Assembly (NCBI GenBank): GCA_903860135.1
Contig: CAIOPG010000004.1
Location: forward strand, 85,558-149,557
From: Candidatus Omnitrophota bacterium
GTDB lineage: Bacteria > Omnitrophota > Gorgyraeia > Zapsychrales > Fredricksoniimonadaceae
Direction of reading: 5' to 3'
Length of the DNA stretch: 64,000 nt
Shown here: piece by piece, positions 58,349 through 64,000 of the stretch
How the letters are laid out: the number at the start of each line of letters is the position of its first letter
Numbering within the stretch: the stretch's first letter is position 1
Program-made: the position numbers and the translations under genes
Notes under the pieces: model-generated
Databases searched by the model: none
What the model was told of the DNA's origin: nothing
What the model saw: the letters and a program-made list of their open reading frames with translations, nothing else

Positions 58349-58933
58349 CTACTCAGTATATGTTTTTCTAGAAATACCAATCACTAAGATAGGACATCCT
58401 GCCCCACCACCACCCTCAATCCTAGGCAACAACTTCGACATATGTGTCGTCGAATTACCATAAGATTTTCCTCTCTTAAGCTCACAAAATAATTTTTGTA
58501 GCTCATCACATCTTGTAATAATTATTCCAACACTAATGGCTCTTAAATCAAATAGCAATCGAAAGTTGTTAAGATCCCTGTCAAAGAAGGGGTCCTTATT
58601 ATTCCACTCAAGCTCCAAGGCAACTCGATTTTTAAAGCAATCCACATTATGTGTGGGAGAATCCATGCTGTGTCCATCAACCTCAACCTTCGTCGAAAAC
58701 TGTTTTTCAACCCATCCCCTTTGACCTAAGAAACTATCAACCCACTTAGCCAAATTCGTTTTGTTACCACCTTTAACAGTAATCCAAGACTTCTTTAATT
58801 CAAAAGCTTTTAGCATTTCAATTACATCATTCCACTCATCAGGAAAATCATTCTTCAAGACAGCACAAGCATGCTTCCATTCATGACACTCGAACTTTTC
58901 TCTGATATCTTTTGGAATATCTGTAAGACTCAT
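58349..58933 (-). CDS. BglII/BstYI-like type II restriction endonuclease
   Basis: From memory, resembles the BglII active-site region: NVDCFKNRVALELEWNN (compare BglII DIDFGKRDTLVEVQFSN) and VGIIITRC (compare BglII VAIIITKG). 6 bp upstream of the MTase. Confidence 0.6.
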   Translation of the reverse strand: MSLTDIPKDIREKFECHEWKHACAVLKNDFPDEWNDVIEMLKAFELKKSWITVKGGNKTNLAKWVDSFLGQRGWVEKQFSTKVEVDGHSMDSPTHNVDCFKNRVALELEWNNKDPFFDRDLNNFRLLFDLRAISVGIIITRCDELQKLFCELKRGKSYGNSTTHMSKLLPRIEGGGGAGCPILVIGISRKTYTE

Positions 58934-59145
58934 AAACCCTCTCAGTTAGTTTGGTCATTATTTCCAACCTTGAGGGTTTATTATACAAAAAATATTGTAA
59001 AAGTATGCCATTAATTCTAACCACTATTTAATAATACTATTTCTCTTAGCATATAATTAACTACGATTCTAGATAAGCACCAGTAGCATAGACTGATGCT
59101 CTATTTAAAAACAACTCCTTATCCAAAGCTTTAACATCATCAATA

Positions 59146-60210
59146 TTAAACAGTTGCAAGTTCTTGCTCCATAGGTTCAGTTGCCAACTCTTGCTCTAGT
59201 GTCCTAATAGTGTCCACCTTAGGAAGAAGACAATCGACGGCCCTTTGTTTATGATTCTTAGAAAGATGAGCATAAATCATTGTGGTCTTCATATCAGCAT
59301 GACCAAGAAGTTCTTTAATTGTAATAATATCCACTCCCTTCATAGCTAATTGGGAAGCAAAGGTATGCCTAAGGTCATGAAACCTAAACTCAGTAATCCC
59401 TGCCTTCTTTAAAACTAAAAAGAAAATAGACCTGATATCTTTAAGAGGTTGTCCATCCCTCTTACAAAAGACATATTGGCTCTTGGGATGTTTCCTTACA
59501 CCAATTAAAGCATCCACCACCCTTTGATTCATATTTATAATTCTCTTCTTCCCACTCTTGGTTTGAAGCAGTTCAATATGATTGCGGTTAAAATCAATGT
59601 CTCTCCAAGTCAAATTTAATATCTCACTCCTTCTCATGCCAGTATATACAGCCACAATAACAATAGCTCTAGTGTTGCCTTTGCTTACTTCAATTAACTT
59701 TTCAATCTCATGGTCCTCAAGATACCTAAGCTTATGATTATCCTCTTTGAAGAATTTGACCTCTTTCAAAGGATTGGAGCCATCAAAGTCTTTCCACCTA
59801 GTAGCCATATTAAACATAGCCTTAAGACGAGCTAATCCCCTATTAACAGTTGCAGGGCTAACATCTTTAATCCTCTCCCCTTTAAATCTTTCAATATCCA
59901 AAGGAGTTATCTCATTAAGAAATCTTCCAGAAAATAATTTCTTAAGCATTGATACCTGACCACCTGATGCTCTCATGTAATTCCTGTGATTCACTTTGCA
60001 ATGCATATCCAAATACTTATCTGCAAAGTCTTCAAACCTAACTTGCTTTTCCTTCTTAATATCAAGGAACTTATTTTCAGCAATCTCAGTCCTAACCTTA
60101 GCCCAAGCATTATCAGCAAGAGTTTTGCTAGGCCCGACCTTTTGGCGATGCCTTCTGCCATTGAATCTGTAATCAAGCCACCAAGATTGTCTTTTAAAAA
60201 CTACGCCCAT
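59146..60210 (-). CDS. int: Tyrosine site-specific integrase (phage integrase family)
   Basis: C-terminal catalytic box HDLRHTFASQLAMKGVDIITIKELLGHADMKTTMIYAHL and N-terminal SAM-like domain. Tandem EQELAT at the C-terminus. Confidence 0.9.
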   Translation of the reverse strand: MGVVFKRQSWWLDYRFNGRRHRQKVGPSKTLADNAWAKVRTEIAENKFLDIKKEKQVRFEDFADKYLDMHCKVNHRNYMRASGGQVSMLKKLFSGRFLNEITPLDIERFKGERIKDVSPATVNRGLARLKAMFNMATRWKDFDGSNPLKEVKFFKEDNHKLRYLEDHEIEKLIEVSKGNTRAIVIVAVYTGMRRSEILNLTWRDIDFNRNHIELLQTKSGKKRIINMNQRVVDALIGVRKHPKSQYVFCKRDGQPLKDIRSIFFLVLKKAGITEFRFHDLRHTFASQLAMKGVDIITIKELLGHADMKTTMIYAHLSKNHKQRAVDCLLPKVDTIRTLEQELATEPMEQELATV

Positions 60211-60265
60211 AGCCTAAACCTCATGTGTCCTTTTGAAGGAGCATTTGAATTATATGAGAACTTTC

Positions 60266-60475
60266 TCAAGGTTGTAAATGAAAATCTCGTCGAGCTTCAA
60301 CATTCTTACTCCTAGCCCAATTATCAAGCCTATGTAAATCAAACCTCACAGCTCTCCCAAATTTGGTATAAGGAATCTTGCCCAACCTCACCCATGCCCT
60401 AATAGTGGGCTTAGACAAATTGAGGTAGGAAGACACATCTTCTATATCAAGGAATCTTTTTTCCATAGGCACCAC
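60266..60475 (-). CDS. xis: AlpA/excisionase-family HTH DNA-binding protein
   Basis: 69 aa. LDIEDVSSYLNLSKPTIRAWVRLGKIPYTKFGRAVRF matches HTH_17/phage AlpA. Confidence 0.7.
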   Translation of the reverse strand: MVPMEKRFLDIEDVSSYLNLSKPTIRAWVRLGKIPYTKFGRAVRFDLHRLDNWARSKNVEARRDFHLQP

Positions 60476-60526
60476 ACAGGTACAAAGTAGTAAATTAATT
60501 AATCCAATAAATTTACAAAATTGCCC

Positions 60527-61699
60527 CTATGAGTTTGCCATCAACCTCCTAAAGTGTTCCCCAAGAAACCAGTCCCACTCATCAGTCAACTTAATCACTT
60601 TCTCAGGCATCCCAACCTTGCCTTCTATGTTTTGAATTCTTACAACATTTAAAATTTCAAGGTCTCTCATGTATCTTATTGCTATCACTCTTGAGCACTT
60701 TACGGCTTCCATTACCTCTGTAGTAGTTAGCTCTCCCTTTTTAAGAATGAGCTTTTTAAATATCTTTACTCTCGGTATTACTGCTGAACTTAAAACAATC
60801 TTTGAAACAAAATACAAATCCTCAGGATTAATGCTTCCCCTTCCACAAGCCAATGCATGACCTCTTGCAAAGTTATATAGCAAGCTATTCAACCTATCAG
60901 GCTTCTCAGGCTCTGAAATCTTATCCTCATTAATAATTGCCCTTAAATTAGCCAGCAACTTAGACATCATTGCTATGTCTTTTACCAACTCCCTATCTTC
61001 TTTTTCTCTATGCCAATGAACAGGACCTCTTACTTTTAATTCCTGAATCAATTTAGAAGTAATTTTCTGACATCTCTTTTGCTTACAAGAAAAAGAAATA
61101 TCTCCAATATTCTGCTCAACCAATGCATTAATATCCTTATCGGGGTTATCAAGATTATAGGTAAGCAGCCTCGACCCAAGCCTGTTCATTGAGTCCCACA
61201 CTTTTCTTCTTATTGGAGTAGAAGCCCCAAGAAACATAAAATTGTATGACCCTTCATACCCTCTAGAGCCATGAACTCCACCATTATTCTTGTACCCTTG
61301 CCCATCCATAACCCTAATGAGTTTTCCTAGAATATCTGTAAGCTCATCTTCTCTCTTAGAAAACAGAGGAGCCAAATCTCTAACCAAAAGAAGTTTGTCC
61401 TTAATCTTTGGAAGTAAATCCACTTCTTGCTCTAATTCTTTTTTACTCCTAGAAGCACTTTGACTAACAAAGGAAGCTCCTGTGATATTGTCCGTTATGT
61501 ATACCAGCTCACTTAAGGAAGAGAAATAATTAAGGACTATCGTCTTCCCACTACTTGAAACATCTACATATATCAACCCAAAGGGGTGTTTAATGTCCTT
61601 AATAAATAATTGACACACTACACTCAACCCAATCTCTGCAGGTATAACAAATTCAGGGAAACAAATTTGTATTTCTTTTCTCCAAGCAACAATATCCAT
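60527..61699 (-). CDS. Island hypothetical protein with a Walker-A-like P-loop and C-terminal wHTH (replication/packaging-type NTPase?)
   Basis: VDVSSSGKTIVL P-loop-like motif. C-terminal TTTEVMEAVKCSRVIAIRYMRDLEILNVV is HTH-like. Confidence 0.45.
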   Translation of the reverse strand: MDIVAWRKEIQICFPEFVIPAEIGLSVVCQLFIKDIKHPFGLIYVDVSSSGKTIVLNYFSSLSELVYITDNITGASFVSQSASRSKKELEQEVDLLPKIKDKLLLVRDLAPLFSKREDELTDILGKLIRVMDGQGYKNNGGVHGSRGYEGSYNFMFLGASTPIRRKVWDSMNRLGSRLLTYNLDNPDKDINALVEQNIGDISFSCKQKRCQKITSKLIQELKVRGPVHWHREKEDRELVKDIAMMSKLLANLRAIINEDKISEPEKPDRLNSLLYNFARGHALACGRGSINPEDLYFVSKIVLSSAVIPRVKIFKKLILKKGELTTTEVMEAVKCSRVIAIRYMRDLEILNVVRIQNIEGKVGMPEKVIKLTDEWDWFLGEHFRRLMANS

Positions 61700-61788
61700 A
61701 TCCTTCTCCTTTTGTTAAATGACCTAACCAATGGAGAAAGACTAGCAAGATATTTAAAAGGGTACTTTGCTTTAGAAAAGGTATTTTC

Positions 61789-62808
61789 TTAAAGGTGCTT
61801 GCTGAGGAATGAAATCAACTTAGCTTGATAAAAAGGGGTAAGATTACTAACAGGCCTATCTAAAGCACTAGAGGCCACATGATACATATATTTAATTCTT
61901 TGTGCCTTACTAAGAGGCTTAGGGATTGATGAAGCAAATATATAAGCCTCATCCTCTTTATCTCTTTGAATATAATGTCCAATCACTTCTTCATCATCTT
62001 TTGATAATCTAAATCTTTCTTTTACCCCTGCCCTTCTCTCAGGATATATACCAATACATTTTAGAAACTTTCTAACTACAGAATATGCATCAAACTCAAA
62101 TGAGTTCTCTTTTCCTTTCTTTGAAAAAGAATACTTTGCATCAAAGACATCCCTTAGAAAGATTACACAAGCCCCATTTAGTAAATTAATTGAAACATTC
62201 AAATGCTTAAATTCAGTTCTTAAATGCTCAGGCCTTAACAATACCTTTTCCCAGCCACTAGCTTTTAATATCCTCTTAGACTTTTGTTCAACCCTAATTT
62301 CTAAATACTCTTTAATGTTTTCAATAGTTGCATACCTAATAGCCCTATAGTGAGGGTGGATGCCTTTATTCATTTGATACTCAGTCATTAAGTTATTAGC
62401 TTCATATAAAGACATTACATCTCTTCTTTGTTCATCCAATTTGAAATTAACAATAGAAGCTACTTGTGTCTTATTGTTCCAATCAATGAACAAATCCTTC
62501 TTATCAATTTCTTGTCCTCTCCCAAAAACCAATTCATACCTATCCTTACCATTCTTTAAATATTTCTCTAAAGGAATGACTAGCACCCATTCCATATCCC
62601 TACCCAAGAAATCATGATCAATGAGGTCTTTCAAAGCAGAATTGAATTTTGATTTAGAAAACAATGAGCCATACCCTAATAATTTTTGATTTGTCTCTAC
62701 TTCAAAAATTAATTCCAATATCTTAGAAGCTGTCTTTTTATCCTTAATCTTCTTAATGTATTTAAAAAGAGTTTCGCTTCTTTTATTCTTATTCTTTATT
62801 TTTTTCAT
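61789..62808 (-). CDS. Island hypothetical protein (339 aa, Lys-rich N-terminus)
   Basis: ORF only. No recognised motif. Confidence 0.45.
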   Translation of the reverse strand: MKKIKNKNKRSETLFKYIKKIKDKKTASKILELIFEVETNQKLLGYGSLFSKSKFNSALKDLIDHDFLGRDMEWVLVIPLEKYLKNGKDRYELVFGRGQEIDKKDLFIDWNNKTQVASIVNFKLDEQRRDVMSLYEANNLMTEYQMNKGIHPHYRAIRYATIENIKEYLEIRVEQKSKRILKASGWEKVLLRPEHLRTEFKHLNVSINLLNGACVIFLRDVFDAKYSFSKKGKENSFEFDAYSVVRKFLKCIGIYPERRAGVKERFRLSKDDEEVIGHYIQRDKEDEAYIFASSIPKPLSKAQRIKYMYHVASSALDRPVSNLTPFYQAKLISFLSKHL

Positions 62809-63242
62809 AGTTTTATGATAACAAAACTCACCAACAAGGGCATTTTTAATTAACTAGCTACTTTAGGGCTATTACTCCAACTCTCTTTGCCCCTTTTAAG
62901 GCCAATCTCATCCAGCTAATTTAAACGACTACAAGCCAAGGCATATGTATACCCAGTTTTATAAACTCAGAGGCCTTATACGTCATTTAAACGGCTCTTT
63001 TTTATTAGCTTCTGTGTTGTGAGGTGAACTATGTGTGGTATTGGGAATGATTCCCCTCAGGGATAATTGAGAAGGAATAAGTGAGGAAAGTATTTGTATC
63101 AACCAAAATGTAAAACCAAAAACTAGTAGGCTAGTACACCAATGACTTAAGGGATGTATTGATAATAAGGAAAGCTGTTGTCTATCTTTGATATCCTAAA
63201 GAGTAATGTCTTACTGTATTTCTAAATACTGAGTTTATCTTC

Positions 63243-63515
63243 CTAACTCTTCTTATCTCTTAAGCTAAAGAATATAGAACCTCCTATTATCAATACAGGA
63301 AGAACATATCTAATCAGATTGATAAAGACAATACCTACTCTAGTTGCACTACTAATATTCCATTGCCCTTTAATAAGGTCCTTCCCAGGCTCAGCCAATA
63401 GATTATCTAGTGTATGAGGATTAGGGTCATACCAAATAACAAAAGTAGCCAATACAACCCCTATAGAGGCTACTAAGGCTATTGACCATAAGGCTATTAC
63501 TTGTTTCTTATTCAT
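63243..63515 (-). CDS. Small 2-TM membrane protein (island cargo)
   Basis: Two hydrophobic helices. AT-rich. Confidence 0.4.
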   Translation of the reverse strand: MNKKQVIALWSIALVASIGVVLATFVIWYDPNPHTLDNLLAEPGKDLIKGQWNISSATRVGIVFINLIRYVLPVLIIGGSIFFSLRDKKS

Positions 63516-63537
63516 AGAGTGTTCTTATCCAATAGCA

Positions 63538-63930
63538 TTAGCTCTTAGTAAATACTACAGCTACCCCTTTGCAAGAAGGCTTATGTATAGTTGTTCCCAT
63601 AGAGCCATAGCCATATTGAGTAGGAACCATTACATTCTTTGCCTCAGAGCCATATTCAATCCTTATTACAGCATCAGCTCCAGCTTCACTTGCTTTCTCT
63701 CTCATCTTGTTATTAAGCTCATCATAAGAAGTATGCTTACTTCCCCCAACAACAGAGATAATACCAATCTCCTTATAGGGCTTATCCAAGTCTTTTGTAG
63801 AAAGAAGCAAATCATCTATATTGCTTTTAGGTAAGAACTTCTCACTAGTAAGAGAGCCATAGTTAACTCTTGTAGAAGCACATCCGACGAGAGTTAATAA
63901 ACATATCCCAATTAACAAAGCCTTCCTCAT
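63538..63930 (-). CDS. Lipoprotein (island cargo)
   Basis: MRKALLIGICLLTLVGC lipobox. C-terminal region ADAVIRIEY is reminiscent of the small stress-lipoprotein families (BhsA/YbjQ-like). Confidence 0.45.
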   Translation of the reverse strand: MRKALLIGICLLTLVGCASTRVNYGSLTSEKFLPKSNIDDLLLSTKDLDKPYKEIGIISVVGGSKHTSYDELNNKMREKASEAGADAVIRIEYGSEAKNVMVPTQYGYGSMGTTIHKPSCKGVAVVFTKS

Positions 63931-64000
63931 ACCACCTCCCTTTTTTAATTTACTTAATAATTCTATCACCGCATATCGTAGGCGTAAATGATTTTCCACC

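Larger units (their letters stand above)
57170..64000 (-). mobile_element. AT-rich integrase-bearing genomic island beside tRNA-Arg (right end outside the window)
   Basis: Abrupt GC drop from about 57170. Carries a tyrosine integrase, an AlpA-like excisionase, an R-M system and unknown genes. Confidence 0.7.

Noticed and set aside
59146-59190. Near-repeat tgcaagttcttgctc / tgccaactcttgctc at the integrase 3' end as the island att core
   Set aside because: It encodes the tandem EQELAT peptide at the integrase C-terminus. No copy was found near tRNA-Arg, so it is more likely a coding-sequence duplication.
1-64000. CRISPR arrays, rRNA genes, riboswitches
   Set aside because: No regularly spaced direct repeats with unique spacers were seen, and there is no rRNA-like sequence. 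Intergenic regions were too short or featureless to support a riboswitch call by eye.

Overview
This is a high-GC (about 60%) bacterial chromosomal segment, probably from an anaerobic Desulfobacterota/Deltaproteobacteria-like organism. A core region (1–45.3 kb) is followed by a mosaic accessory region (45.4–64 kb).

Core genes, almost all on the minus strand:
- A housekeeping cluster: mlaE, a YacP/NYN protein, an LPG-synthase-TM-like protein, lipA, def, panD, trxA, and a PIN-PhoH protein.
- Transporters: a SulP sulfate permease, DedA and a CDF cation transporter.
- Two paralogous EmrAB/TolC-type MFS tripartite efflux operons, one with a MarR regulator.
- One RND tripartite efflux operon.
- A flavodiiron protein (FprA), a DEAD-box helicase, an NlpC/P60 hydrolase, a histidine kinase, opgG-opgH with apbE, a SWIM-SNF2 helicase, a U32 peptidase and a short TamB-like DUF490 protein.

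An inserted low-GC patch at 6.1–10.7 kb carries:
- a SAM methyltransferase bounded by duplicated copies of the phoH 3' end;
- a REP-associated tyrosine transposase (RAYT) flanked by identical REP hairpins, with a REP copy embedded in-frame inside its own ORF;
- a 721-aa orphan secreted protein.

The accessory region contains:
- two DUF4143 AAA+ ATPases, one translationally coupled to a secreted protein;
- a 1.5-kb non-coding stretch with iteron-like tandem repeats and a Fic-like gene remnant;
- a truncated IS66 transposase;
- an intact En-less group II intron;
- a HEPN/MNT toxin-antitoxin cassette bracketed by 70-bp direct repeats that duplicate the tRNA-His 3' end plus terminator;
- tRNA-His, then tRNA-Arg(UCU) with a degenerate tRNA-Arg-like copy beside it;
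- a very AT-rich integrase island (57.2 kb to the window end) carrying a BglII-like REase, an MT-A70 methylase, a membrane protein, int, xis and unknown genes.

No CRISPR array or rRNA was seen. No single novel system could be confirmed. The best candidates are the REP/RAYT unit with its in-frame REP, the nested tRNA-His integration hotspot with HEPN/MNT, the DUF4143-secreted protein pair, and the island's three-gene R-M-like operon and unknown P-loop genes.
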